Shown here: positions 1 to 14,021 of the stretch, piece by piece
Numbering within the stretch: position 1 is the first letter of the stretch
How the letters are laid out: every line of letters starts with the position of its first letter
From: the human T2T-CHM13v2.0 reference genome, Homo sapiens
Direction: 5' to 3' (one strand)
DNA: 64,000 bases
NCBI RefSeq assembly: GCF_009914755.1
Contig: NC_060947.1
Translations under genes and position numbers: made by a program
The notes under the pieces: model-generated
What the model saw: the letters and a program-made list of their open reading frames with translations, nothing else
The model's database searches: none
Told to the model about the DNA's origin: nothing

Positions 1-39
1 TCCCATGTGCTCTCCCCCTTTCCACACCTTGATACAGAT

Positions 40-227
40 GAGTCCAGCAAGCTACAAGATGGAAGGAACCTGAGACTCTGAATCACTCCCAGAGAGAAGA
101 GCCTCCTGTCCTTTGGGAACACCCACTCTGGATTTTATGTCAGTGATAAATAATCTTTTGTTGTGGTAAGCCACTGAGTCTTGGAGGTTTATCTGTTATA
201 GCAGCCAGCGTTTCCCTAACTACTATA
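40..227 (+). mobile_element. Old MaLR LTR 3' end (MLT1J/K/L-like)
   Basis: Ends in the MLT1-type terminus ...TAAGCCACTGAGTCTTGGAGGTTTATCTGTTATAGCAGCCAGC...CTAACTACTATA. Confidence 0.6.
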
Positions 228-1484
228 CCCCCAGGAAAAACACTTCCTTCTGAATGGGTCCTTGTCCTGTACTTTGGCAGTGCAGTTGGGGGGATGGTCT
301 CATCAGTTGCTAGCTAAGATCTCTAACAACAAGGTGAAGGCAGTGATGCTCCACCTGTGCTAACTTGATAGGTGACTGCATCTGGGTGGGACCTTCCTGC
401 TCTTTCACAGTCCTGTAGCCTGTGCGCCCTGTAGCTGCATCCTGACAGCCTGGCACTTGCTCCCCTTGTTCCCCTTGGTTGCTGAATGGAAAGTCTCTAA
501 CTGATGCCCATGAGAGAATGAAATCCCTCTAAGGGAGAAAAGACCCTCAGAACAACCTGTCTAAGGAGCTGAAGGCTTCCAGCCTTTCCATGGATGGCAC
601 ACAGGTCACATGGGGCTTCCTTCAACATCCTTGGGTTTGACCAGTGAGGCTCACCATGATAGACAGGGAGCACGTTAGCATCAAAGATCTCATGTGACTC
701 ATTCTAATATGAGCAGCAAGGAGAAAGTCAAGGAAATTGGAATCACGATTTGAGTGAGGTCCAAGGTGGGTATTTCCTGGCAGAGGGATGAGGAGCACGG
801 CCAAAATTCCCTGCCAGAATTCCCCAGCTCTGAGAGCCATGGATGAAGGGCACAGAAATTTTTTGCCTCATTAACCAATCTAGAAGGAGGCTCAGGCTTG
901 GGAGGGCACACTTTGGGATGCACAAAGCTTGAGGGATCAGGGGGCACCCACATAGATGCTTCCAGCAGCTAGATGGGAATGGGGACCTGGGAGGTCTAAA
1001 CCGAGGTGCAAGCTTGTGTCTGGAGAGAGGTGATGATGGAAGCCACAGTGCGGGAGGAGGTTGCTGAGAGAACCAGAAAGAATGCTACAGAGAAGCTTAA
1101 GTAGTGAACATAGTGGGGAGCTTGAGTCACCAGGAAAGCTAGACAAGCTGACAAATGAAGAGCTGGAGGACAGGGAGGAAGAGAAGGAGAGAGGGGTGAC
1201 ATGGCAGCCATATGGGGGGAGAGTGAGGAAGAAAGGAGTGGTCAGCCACGTGGGGCAATGAGAGGACAAGGAGCATGTGGTATGAAAAGGCCATCAGATC
1301 TGGTGACACGAGCTCCTTGGTGGCCTGCAAGAACAAAAGTTAACGCAGAAGGACACTCACTAGTTGGCAAGGGGAAGCCAGGTGGAGATTCAAAATTTAT
1401 GGCAGAGAGTCTGAAAAAAGGATAAACTGCCCCTTAGGGACTGTGAGCTAATTGTACCACGTGGTGCACCTCGGGCAGGGATGG

Positions 1485-1990
1485 TCTAGCAGTGCAAAAC
1501 AGAAACCCACTTGCACAAGCTTAAGTAAAAAGGGAGAATTTATGGGAATAACATGAGGCAATATCAGAGATTCAAGGACAGGAAGTGTAGCCGGCCTCTG
1601 GGGACTGGCACCAGCAACTGGGGAGCCAGCAGGAACTTTGGCAGCTATGTACTTTCCTTCACTCCTCTCTCTTTCTGGTGCTTTGAAGTCTCTGCTTCCT
1701 GCCTTTCTCTGAGCTTGCTTCTTTTTTTTTATCTCAGAGCCTTTTCTGCTACTGTATGCACATGGTAGAAAATGGCTGTCTCTGATGGCCCTCCCTGGTC
1801 TGTTCACCTGTGTCTTCCTTGTGCCCAGAGCTGTGCCTGGCACAAAGTGTCCTCTTAGTTCAAGCAGCCCACAAGGTGTGCCTAGAAATGCAAAGATGCC
1901 CTATGGCCACATTCCTGGGACAGCATCTGATTGGTCCAGCCAGGTCAGGTGCCCATCCCTTATCCAATCGGCTGTGGCCATGGGGAAGGT
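1485..1990 (-). mobile_element. Old LTR fragment (LTR33/MLT1-like)
   Basis: GCAAAACAGAAACCCACTTGCACAAGCTTAAGTAAAAAGGGAGAATTTAT and CTGATTGGTCCAGC...CCAATC motifs typical of reverse-oriented old ERVL/MaLR LTRs. Confidence 0.45.
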
Positions 1991-3234
1991 CTTGTGCCTC
2001 CAGCCCCTTCAGTGGAGGCCAGGGGGCAGGATCTTTGGAAAGGGGCCCCAAGTAGGCTCATGAAGAAGAGAACTTGGTGGCTGTCATAACCTGATGTTCC
2101 AGACAACTGCAGGCTCCTGGTCCCTCCTGGCACATAAAGAGGTTCATGAGGTCAGGTTCTGCTTTAATGAAACAAACAGCTCTCATGGAGACCGAGAGAG
2201 GTGAGGTATGTGCACCCATAGATGCGCAGCATTTCCGAAGATGAAACTTTCCCCGTGCCTCCCTCTCTCCACCCCACCCCCGCCACTACACCCCGCACCC
2301 TCAAACCCAGGGATACTACCTGAAGAGCTCCTTAAAGCCTCTCAAAACGTCCAGATATCCCCAGCCTCAAATCTCATCTTCTTGGAGATAGCCTGACTTC
2401 ATTTTCTTCAACTAAAGCCTGAAATGAGAAGAGGACAAGAAGGGCTGGATTGGAGGGACTGCCGGGGAGGTGGGAGCAAGGCTTCCTCCCTGCTTGGAAT
2501 GACCCTTACTTACCACGTGGCACTTAGATCAGGTTGGGTCCCAACAGGAAGCAGTTAAGATGGTTTGAGAAGTATTCATTTACAAAGGGGCCATCAACAA
2601 AGATGTGGGGGTAGGAGAACCACAGGGATAGTACAAGAAGCAGGAGCTGTTATCACCCTAGAGCCAAAGGGAATAGGGGAGGTCGTGGCTACCCCAAACT
2701 TAGAAGGGGACAGAGTTGAGTACAGGAGGCCACCTTAAAAGAAATGGGGGCCTTCAGTGGAAGGATCAGTCAGCCCAAGTAGACTTCACAGGGAGGAAGA
2801 TAGACTAAATGCGTCCCCTCATTCTCCTCTGCCCTCTGATCTCTTGGTGGGGCTTCCCTATTGGCTGGAACTGGCCAACGGGAGCCAAAGGGTGGGGGGC
2901 CCTTTGAGATGAGTGCAATGAATGCATAAGGGTCAGCTTCCTGGGGCACAGGGCAGGGAGGAGGGGGTGGAGGGTGGGCCTGGAGGGGAAGATGGAAGAT
3001 GTCGTGAACATCTACTTCCATATTGGGTCGCACTCTACGGTGTGGACTCCTCTAGGTCAAGCTATTTGGCTCCTTGGTCTTTTTGTTCCCAGTACACAAC
3101 CTAGCGTACGGCTCATGCTTCCAATCGTGTTTGCTGACACCCTGAATGAATTCCGTCGTGCCTCTTTGTTTCTCTCATTGGCAGTGTAGTGGCAGTTAAT
3201 GACATTTCGACAGAATGGAACCGAAACACTTCCT

Positions 3235-3563
3235 TTTTTCTTTTTTTTCTGAGACAGGGTCTGGCTGTATCGCCCAGGCTGGAGTGCAGTGGCACGAATC
3301 TCAGCTCACTACAACCTCCACCTCCTGGGCTCAAGTGATCCTCTAACCTCAGACTCTCGAGTAGCTGGGATGCACACTACCATACCCGGCTAATTTTTTT
3401 TGGATTTTTTTAGTAGAGACAGGGTTTCGCTTTGGATTTTTTTAGTAGAGACAGGGTTTCGCCATGTTGCTCGGTCTGGTCTCAAACTCCTGGGCTCAAG
3501 AGATCTGCTTGCCTCAGCCTCCCAAAGTGCTGGGATTACAAGTGTGCGCCACTGCACTTGGTC
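3235..3563 (-). mobile_element. Alu (AluJ-like) with internal 32-bp tandem duplication
   Basis: Reverse Alu dimer; TSD GAAACACTTCCT at 3223-3234 and 3566-3577. Confidence 0.95.
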
Positions 3564-3719
3564 TAGAAACACTTCCTAAGGTGAAAGTTTGGAGGGTGGA
3601 AGAAGAAAAAGAGAAAGGAACCAGAAATGCCCCAAAGATGAAGGCTGAATGATGCTGGAGCTGTTTCACTTTCTTCTCAGGAAGTGTAAATAATGAGCTG
3701 TACTTTCTTCTTCATTCAC

Positions 3720-3950
3720 AGTAGTAATAAAAACACAATAACTGGCATATGCAGTGCTTCCAAGCCGACCAAGTGGTTTATATGCATTACCTCATCGGAT
3801 CCCCTCAACAGCCCTGTAAGGTACACGATATTGTCATCCCAATCTTATAGACCAGGCTTAGAGAGGTTAAGTGGTTGGTCAGCCAGTGAGTGTTGGTGGA
3901 GCCACCACTGGGACTTTGAGTCCATTTCCACTGTCACCACTTGTGCTCTG
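3720..3950 (-). mobile_element. MIR SINE
   Basis: TGCATTACCTCAT...CAACAGCCCTGTAAGGTA...AGAGAGGTTAAGTG matches the reverse MIR core. Confidence 0.65.
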
Positions 3951-4254
3951 CTGCCCTCCTGCCAGAACACCTCTCAGGCCTGTTCCTTACTGGGCAGGCT
4001 GTCCAGATCGGAACCTCCTCCTTTCAAGAGGCTAAACTAAACAGCTGAGCAGGAACAAGAGCAAACAGGGCAGGAAGAGAGGAGGAGCCCTGCAGAACAC
4101 AGTGGCCCTTTGTTTTCTGCTGCCACCTCCTGGATCATCAACACCCTTTTGTCCTCTGTTCTCTGCTTCAAATACAGGCTGAGCTGGGGTGGCGGGGGGA
4201 ATGCCCTTCCTACTCATTGCACAACTATATAATAATCTTGAATATTTTAAATTG

Positions 4255-4948
<694 letters not shown>

Positions 4949-4949
4949 T

Positions 4950-5340
4950 GAATTCAGCAAACATTTAATGAGCATCTACTCTGTGCTCTGTACTGGGCAT
5001 TTAAAACCATAAATCATCAGCCCCACCTTCAAGGATCTGTCAGTCCCATTGGGCAAAGTGACATAAATGTACCCAGCCCTGTGTGAAAAGTGCAACAATG
5101 GCAGAGTGCACACGCGACTGAAATAGCACCAAGGAAGAAGAGCCAGTTCTGCAGCAAGGTGTGGGGAGGAGTCATGAATCTTTCCTGAAGGAAGCCACAT
5201 TTCCAGGAACTGAGATGACTTCACGTGTGTAAAGAGGTTGGGCGGGAAGTGGGGCTGCTGAGGACACACAGAACATTCCAAGCAGAGAAATAGCATGAGG
5301 AAAAATATAGAGGTGTGAAACGGCACATCGCTGAGTCTCC
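4950..5340 (-). mobile_element. L2 3' fragment
   Basis: ATTCAGCAAACATTTAATGAGCATCTACTCTGTGC is the reverse L2 terminus. Confidence 0.65.
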
Positions 5341-5419
5341 TCTCCAACTCCTTGCCTTGATTTGTGGGGATATAACTAAACCCATATCCCCTTATTCTAT
5401 ACGATTGATATGTCTACAG

Positions 5420-5730
5420 GAGTGTTTCTCAAACCATCTGTGATAAAGGACCAGAATATATATATATATATATATATAATTTCTAGTACATCATAGACTG
5501 ATATGTGACCCTACTGCATATGACTATTATAGAGTTCATGCCATGTGTGACTTACCATGGAAGATGGAATTGATTTATTTCCTATTCAACAAGAGTTCAC
5601 TGATCACACACTTGGACATCACAGCAAGGTCAAGTTGCTTTCAAGGCTTCTCAATGGTTTACTGTCATTTTCCATGTTTATATCATTGTGATCCAGAGCT
5701 GGTTCACGGGCCACACTTTGAGTAGCGAGT
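5420..5730. mobile_element. hAT-Charlie non-autonomous DNA transposon (MER119-like)
   Basis: Termini AGTGTTTCTCAAACCATCTGTGATAAAGGACCAG and CCACACTTTGAGTAGC; contains a (TA)n run at ~5456-5479. Confidence 0.65.
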
Positions 5731-6499
5731 AGCACTGCTGGTCTATAAGAGGGTGAGCCCCTTAAAGAGAGGGAACCATATCTTTTCATTTTATCTGTCC
5801 TTGTGCATGCCTCCTGTTTCTTAGCAAGCCCACCCAAAAAGCCCTCTTCTTGCCCAGAAAGGGATGCCCACTTGTTAATCAGCTAGTGTTTTCCCAGTGT
5901 TTTGAATTTGGAAAGCTCTGCTGGTATTAAATACTATTATTATTATTAGTCTTGTGTCCACTAAAGTGGATGCCATTTAATTAGAACTGCATAATAAGCA
6001 AATCTGCCTTAATTGGCTGGGATGTGGCTGAAAAACCATTTTGTGTCTGCTCTGCACTCTCTGTTCTGTGGCCATCACATCGAGTTCTCTGGCAATGGGT
6101 CATTTTGGAGACCTTGGGCAGGGTTTAGGGAAGGTTATCTGGCTACTGATTAACACTTAATTAGCACCTTTTTCATGTAGCACAGCAGTGACTTTGTAAA
6201 TTTAAAAATTTCAGGGGACCACTTAATGTGGAATTAAAGTACAAGTACAATATTTAAGATGCATGAAATTGTTTTACGCATTACAGCATTAACTAGCTCT
6301 TAATTTATGCAGTGCATGCCAGAGAAGGGCAATTAAAGTGTAGCAGGGAAAAAAATTATAGATCTCTACGTTGTCCTGTCTTTTCCTCTAATGATGCTTT
6401 TGAAGGTTTTTGCTACATTCATATCTCAACTCCTGTTCTAGATTTAGGAGTAACTGGTAAGTTCTGAAGCTTGTTTGCCCCATAGGAATTGGCATTATC

Positions 6500-7253
<754 letters not shown>

Positions 7254-7269
7254 CCTTCTCTGTCTATAT

Positions 7270-7575
7270 TCATGTTGTTCCCTTTTACTGGAATGTTCTT
7301 TCCTTCCTTCTCTATCCTTTGAGGCCAAGTCCAAATGCCACCCATTGAAGAAGCGTGCCTTGACCTGAACCATGCTCGGGGTGGTCAGAGTCATGCCTGC
7401 TAATGACCCTTCCTTGAACTTCTCCTTCAGCACAGAGCACATACTGCCCTGAAAAGTGTGAAGCTGCAAATGTGTGACTCTCCATCTCCCCTGCGAGGAC
7501 CTAAGCTATTGCTTCTCTCTCCCCAGCATTCGTATCACACCTGGCATCCTGAGCCTGCACAGTGCCACTGAACTG
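7270..7575 (+). mobile_element. L2 fragment
   Basis: GTTCCCTTTTACTGGAATGTTCTTTCC...CAAATGCCACC resembles the L2 3' region. Confidence 0.45.
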
Positions 7576-7899
7576 TTCCTAGAAAGGAATGTTAACTATG
7601 CTAGTATGGTGTAGTCAGAGGAGGAGAGAGTGGATGTGAGCATATGGTCTTCTGAGCTAAAGCCAGACGACAAGAAACAGTAAATGCTGCAGCTGGGTGG
7701 ATTCCTGGGCCCCTGCAGCTGCTGAGAGCATGTGAGGACTTGCGAGAAGGAGGAGGAGTCACAGGCAGGAGCCAATTAGATTCTCTGTCTTTCCCTCTGT
7801 TTACAACTTGCATACATCAGTAGTCTCCAGGCGCAAAGTCAAATGCCAGGAAAGTACACATTTCCCCGGCCCCTCCTCCTCCCCACACCCCAAGCCTTC

Positions 7900-8277
7900 T
7901 GTGGCAGACGTGGGGTTGAGCTGCTCCGATCCCCTTCAGGAGCACATCTGCTGTGCAACTTCTCCGAGTGTTGTGAGCAGACAGCCTCAGGGCCCACCTC
8001 AACCTTTCCCACGTGTTCCCCGGCAAGCGGCTGAGCAAGGCGGGTGGTACTCAGGGCCAGCCCTTTCTGAATTAGACAGGGTTCCTCTGATGAGCACCTT
8101 TGCTCGGAACTCCCGCTGGGCTAGCAGAGACTTTTCAGATCTGCACTGCCACCTGATGGCTCTCCCTGCCCCGTCCTTCTTCCTCCCCTCCTCCTTCCGC
8201 GGTGCTACTTCCAACAAACCCTTGGCCCTCCTTACTCCACCTCAGCACCTGCTTCCATGAGAAATCAACCTGTCACA
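7900..8277 (+). mobile_element. LTR16-family solo LTR (ERVL)
   Basis: TG...CA ends (TGTGGCAGAC...AACCTGTCACA); flanks CCTTC/CCCTC form a 4/5 TSD. Confidence 0.65.
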
Positions 8278-8279
8278 CC

Positions 8280-8615
8280 CTCCCCAGAGGTCAAAACTGT
8301 TCATCGTGGGTGTACGTTCTTCCAGATAGTCTTTTCTTTGTATTTATATACATGTAGGTACGTATGCCACCAAAAGGTTTGTTATTACTCATTTTGTTTT
8401 TACATAAATGGGATTATACGGTGTGAATGGCTCTACAACTTTTAAAATTTAACACATCTTCATGAGCAGTCAGTATCGGTGCACATAGGTATGTCTTTTT
8501 TGTATTTGCTGTAGAGTATTCCACAGTATGGCTAGCCCATTATTTAACCATTCTTATACTGATGGACATTTGGGTTGTTTCCCTTTTCTGTTATAATTAA
8601 TAGTACTGCTGAAAA
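8280..8615 (-). mobile_element. L1ME fragment
   Basis: AGTATTCCACAGTATGG...ACTGATGGACATTTGGGTTGTTTCC is reverse old-L1 3' sequence. Confidence 0.7.
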
Positions 8616-8689
8616 CATGCTATCAGTGGGTTTCAAATCACAATAATAAGCTGAACCTTATTCCAATCAGTATAAACCACGCACAATGA

Positions 8690-9457
<768 letters not shown>

Positions 9458-10642
9458 GTAAAGCATATAGGTTAAAACAGGATGGAGCATTGGCAAGGGA
9501 AAAACATTGTCTTTTTCTCCGGAAGGTTCCAGAATGCTTTTGTTTGTGAACCCTTTCTGGGCAAATGTAAGTGCGAAACATGATGTGTGACTTAGGTCAG
9601 ACTGAAGAAGGAACTTCCTGCTAGTCAGCAAGGCCACCTGCACTACCCAGTTCCTGGGGCATCCTTAAAATGGTGTCATCAGCAATACCAACCCTAGTGA
9701 GCTGATTTCCCACAGAGCAGAGGCAGGGACTGAGGCCATGCAGCCAGGCTCCTGCTGGCTTAAGGCTTTAAGGAATCTGCCACTCATCAGAGCATAGCCC
9801 CACCCCTTGCTGAAGGAGGCTATGAGGTTCCCTACAGGGCCCACGGTCCCTACAGACCGCTGACATCATCCTCACCTGAGAAGGGAGGAGGGATGGGATT
9901 ACTGCCCTCTCTGCTGCCCTGGGGCTCTGGGCCCGATGACGTGGGGCATCCTGGCGGAGGCTGGCTTGTGTTCACAGCCGCCTGCCGGGAGCTGGAGCCT
10001 GTCAGCTCGAGCGGCAGCGAGGGAAGACGTTTCTGACACAAAACCCCAGGGGAATGCATGGAGGAGCTGGGCTGTCATTACTTATTAACAATGGGCCTGA
10101 TCCCCAGCCAGGCAGGCCCAGGGAAATAGCCTGTGGGGAGGCCGGCCTACCCCCAGCGAGGTGGATTAACACTTTCAGGGCAGGAGGGAGCCGTCTGAGG
10201 GGGTCAATTGTCACATTTTTGCATGTAAGCGGGCGGGGGGGGCGGGCAGAGGGGGGCTCTCTTTATGTTTTCGAGGCAGGAACACTCTTTTCCTTATCTT
10301 CCCCTCCCCTCTGTGTCCACATTTTTCTGTTCTCCTGCCTTGGCAGGTTTTGAGCAGGCACACTCACAGGATGTAGGAGACTGCTCAGAGGGGACAGACA
10401 GTAAGATTCCACAATGCACACAATCTGAAACCCAGGTCTAATGAGTGCCCTCACAGAGGGCCTACAGGGGCAGGAAGAGGGAGAAGGCAGCCAGGGCGGA
10501 GGTCAAGGAAAGGTCTGCAAATGAGCTGGTCATTAAAGCCGGTTCTTGCCTCTTCATCTCCCCTCGAGGGGTGCCCGGCTCTAGTACCAGCCTGCTCTGT
10601 CCAGCCTGGCGACCACAAGTGGACAGAGTGACCCACCTGTGC

Positions 10643-11480
10643 TGTTGCAGGTCAAGTTTCCTGGGGAAGGAGATGCTGAGACTGAGAGTAGCAGGCAGGA
10701 CCTTTGCTAGGGAGCGCTGTTAGGATCAGCACCTGGGGAAGGGAGTGGGGACTAGACTATAATGCAAGCCCGACAGTCGCCTCAGCTGGCCTCACGGAGG
10801 GCTCTGTGTTTGGCGGAGGGCTCTGTATATGGCAGATGCGCCTGACAGCAATAACTGAAGAATGACCCTGAGAATGACCATGTGGTCTAAGAAGAGTGTG
10901 TATTCCAAGTCCCAAGCTAAGTAATCCCGGAGTGGCTAACCTGGAGATTCACTCCATATCTATGAAGGACATCTGAACCCCCAGCCCATCCCTTGGAATG
11001 CAGGCCATACAGGGGATCAAGGCCCTTTGTTTGGGGTTGGATGGAGGTTGCTAGATGGAGGGTGCTAGGTGGCAAGTACTAAGTGAAAATGCCATATAAA
11101 CGGCATGCTTATTACAAATTGTAGCAATTGTCCTGTCCAGCCCGCCATCACTGGACTATCCCCGTGTGGAAGTCCCCCCGGTAAACCCTATGTCTTGTTC
11201 TCTATCTCTGGGTCTCTTCTTCGGCCTCTTGGATGCAGTGCCATCATTACAGGAGTCAATAAGGGTCCGGCACAACACTCTGGAGCTGGGTGGAGCCTTC
11301 AGATTTGGGGTGGAAGGCCAGCCTCTATAGCCTCCCATTGATCAGCTCCTGGACATGGGCTTCCCTAGAAGGCTGGCATAACCCTTGGCAGGGCAGTTTC
11401 TTCCGCCTTGGGGAGGGGCTGGCTGCAGGCAGTGCTCTCAGCAGAAGAAAGTAAGTTCTTCCTTCCTGAAGGGGGAGCAC
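10643..11480 (-). mobile_element. LTR16-family LTR (host of the LTR32-like insertion)
   Basis: GTCAAGTTTCCTGGGGAAGGAGATGCTGAGAC is a reverse LTR16 terminus; the sequence resumes after 11277. Confidence 0.55.
10807..11277 (+). mobile_element. LTR32-like ERVL solo LTR
   Basis: GGCAGATGCGCCTGACAGCAATAACT...CCCTGAGAATGACC...GGCACAACA; 5-bp TSD CTCTG. Confidence 0.65.
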
Positions 11481-11681
11481 AGCAGACCCCACCCCCACCC
11501 TGCCCCGCACCTGCCTCCTGGAGGACCATGAATGAGGGTCTCCAAATCACAACAGAGGTGTTCCTCTCCTAGAGTGGCCCTGGCCTCTCTGAGCAGGGAG
11601 CAGGAGTCCTGCCTCCCTGTAGAGGCCAGCCTGGCCTCCTTTCCTGTTGCATCTCCTCCCAGCCCTCTTCCCACCCCTTCT

Positions 11682-11845
11682 CCACTGAAATTATTCAAAT
11701 TAGCCAATTCTAAGCCTGCTCATCCTGTCTCACCTATTCCTCCCCACGGAAACCATAGTAAAGGCAAGTGCCCACCATTTCCTCCTCTCCCTCTGCTTCC
11801 TGGCCAAACTGGGTACTTTCCCATGTGCCCCACCCCCACCCCCAT
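11682..11845 (+). mobile_element. Second MER74-like LTR fragment
   Basis: CCACTGAAATTATTCAAATTAGCCAAT...GTGCCCACCATTTCCTCCTC is directly similar to 9170-9330. Confidence 0.7.
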
Positions 11846-13117
11846 TCCAGCTCTTGCAGGCACAGAGTAGGAAAATCTGGCATGCTCCATGGTTTGTACT
11901 TGTATGAATGGCACCCTGGGCTTGATTCCTGCATGGTCCTGCGTACATCCAAATGCTGATTTGGTGGACTTTGCACCCCTCAGTCAGACTAGAAGGTTAG
12001 AGAATCCCACTGCTCGCCTCGGGCAAACTTTCCTGCAAGGCGCTGTTGGAGCATTTCAAAGGACAGAGAGCTGAACTTCACTGAACTTAACAGAACAAGT
12101 TGTATGACTGCTTTGCACAGCTTGCTCAGAAGACTGATGAGCAAGACTTCCTTGAAAGTGACCTGGTGGCCCAGTGTAGGAAGGGTACTTACCCCCCTCA
12201 CCCATCTCTAATTACTGGAGGCTACAGAAGTTTCCCAAAAAGAGCCTAATAGTTTTGCATGACCAAATTGGCTTAGGTCAATTTGCAGCAGCCTAAAACC
12301 CCACCCCAGATCCTCTATAAAACCTTAATCAGCTGTGAATCTCTACCTCCCCACACCAATAACCACTGTATGCCTCGGTGTTTTCTCATGGGTATAGCAG
12401 GAATCTAATACTTGGTCCTCTGTCGTAAGAAGCTGTAAGGACTGTAAGTATTGTTTTCTTAAACGCTTCCAAAACAAGTTGGGTTCGCAAATTGGAGACT
12501 GACATCTTGGTGGGAGGAGGAAGATTTAAAAAAAAAAAAACAGCTGCCAGAAGTGTCCACAGATTTTCTTGTCCATGTCACAGCAAGGAAGCATTTATTA
12601 AGGGCTAGTGGGCATGGGCAGTGGGACGGGCATGGCACTTGAGCGAACTGCACTGGCATGGTCCCTAGTGTATCTGTGTTTACAGCTCAGGCTGGACGAC
12701 ACCACGTGAAGCCAGATTAGGGGCAGCCACCAACCACACACATCCTGCACGAAATCAGATAATCAATGCAAAACACGTCGACAAGGAGGTAAGATTAGAT
12801 ACATACATCTGATGGCTCAAAATGCTGATTGCCTACAGAAAACCAGGGCTGTGGATTATATTCTAAACTTGAGTTAAATCTTCTCTCCATACAGCCTGGC
12901 CCTGAAGGGTGGAGTCAAGGTCAATGGTGAAATGGATGGTTCTCAGGCAGCAGTAACATGCTCACCTGTGTGAGATAAACCCAGTGCTCAAGACCTTAGA
13001 GCACAGCATTAGTTTTGAGTGTCTGTGGGCCCTTTTAGTTGACAAAGCATTTTCACTGTCATTACCCAGTTAGACCATTACAGCTGATTCCAAGTGTGAG
13101 AGATGCAGGGTGGATAG

Positions 13118-13335
<218 letters not shown>

Positions 13336-13703
13336 TCATGGAAGGTGGGCTCAATCCCAGGAGATGACTCAATTACCCTAGGCCAATCATCATGCAAAAA
13401 CCAATTTTTTGATGATTTAGTATAGGGACGTCCCTGAACTGATCAATAAAACCTAGGATGATCCTGGTGGGTAATTTCTCAGAAATATTTTTCTCCCTGA
13501 AAAAGAGCAATGCTAAGGAGACTGCTGCCACTGTCACCCATCCACCTTCTTCCAGCCTTTGAATGCCATCGTAAGGATATTAGATGTAGGAGCAGCAGCA
13601 GCCATTTTTTGATTGTGAGGGGATGACAAAACAAAAATGTAGAAAGAGCTTGGGTCTTTCATGACCTCTTTTGCCACTCAATGTAAGACCACCTGCCTCT
13701 AGA

Positions 13704-14021
13704 TTTTTTTTCTTTTTCTTTTTTTTTTTTTAAAGAGACAGGGTCTTACTCTGTCACCCAGGCTGGAGTGCAGTGGCCCAATCATAGCTCACTGCAGCCT
13801 TGAACTCCTGGGCTCAAGCAAACCTCTCACCTCAGCCTCTTGAGTAGCTGGGACCATAGGCATGTGCCACCACACCCGGCTAACTTTTATTTTTTAATTT
13901 TTTTTAGATACGGGGTCTCACTCTGTTGACCAGGCTGATCTCAAACTCCTGGTCTCAAGCGATCCTCCTGCCTCAGCCCCACAAAGTGCTGGGATTACAG
14001 GCACAAGCCACCATGCCTGGC
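13704..14021 (-). mobile_element. AluJ
   Basis: J-type ATCATAGCTCACTGCAGCCTTGAACTCCTGGGCTCAAGC; lies within an old MLT1-like LTR (~13340-14115). Confidence 0.93.
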
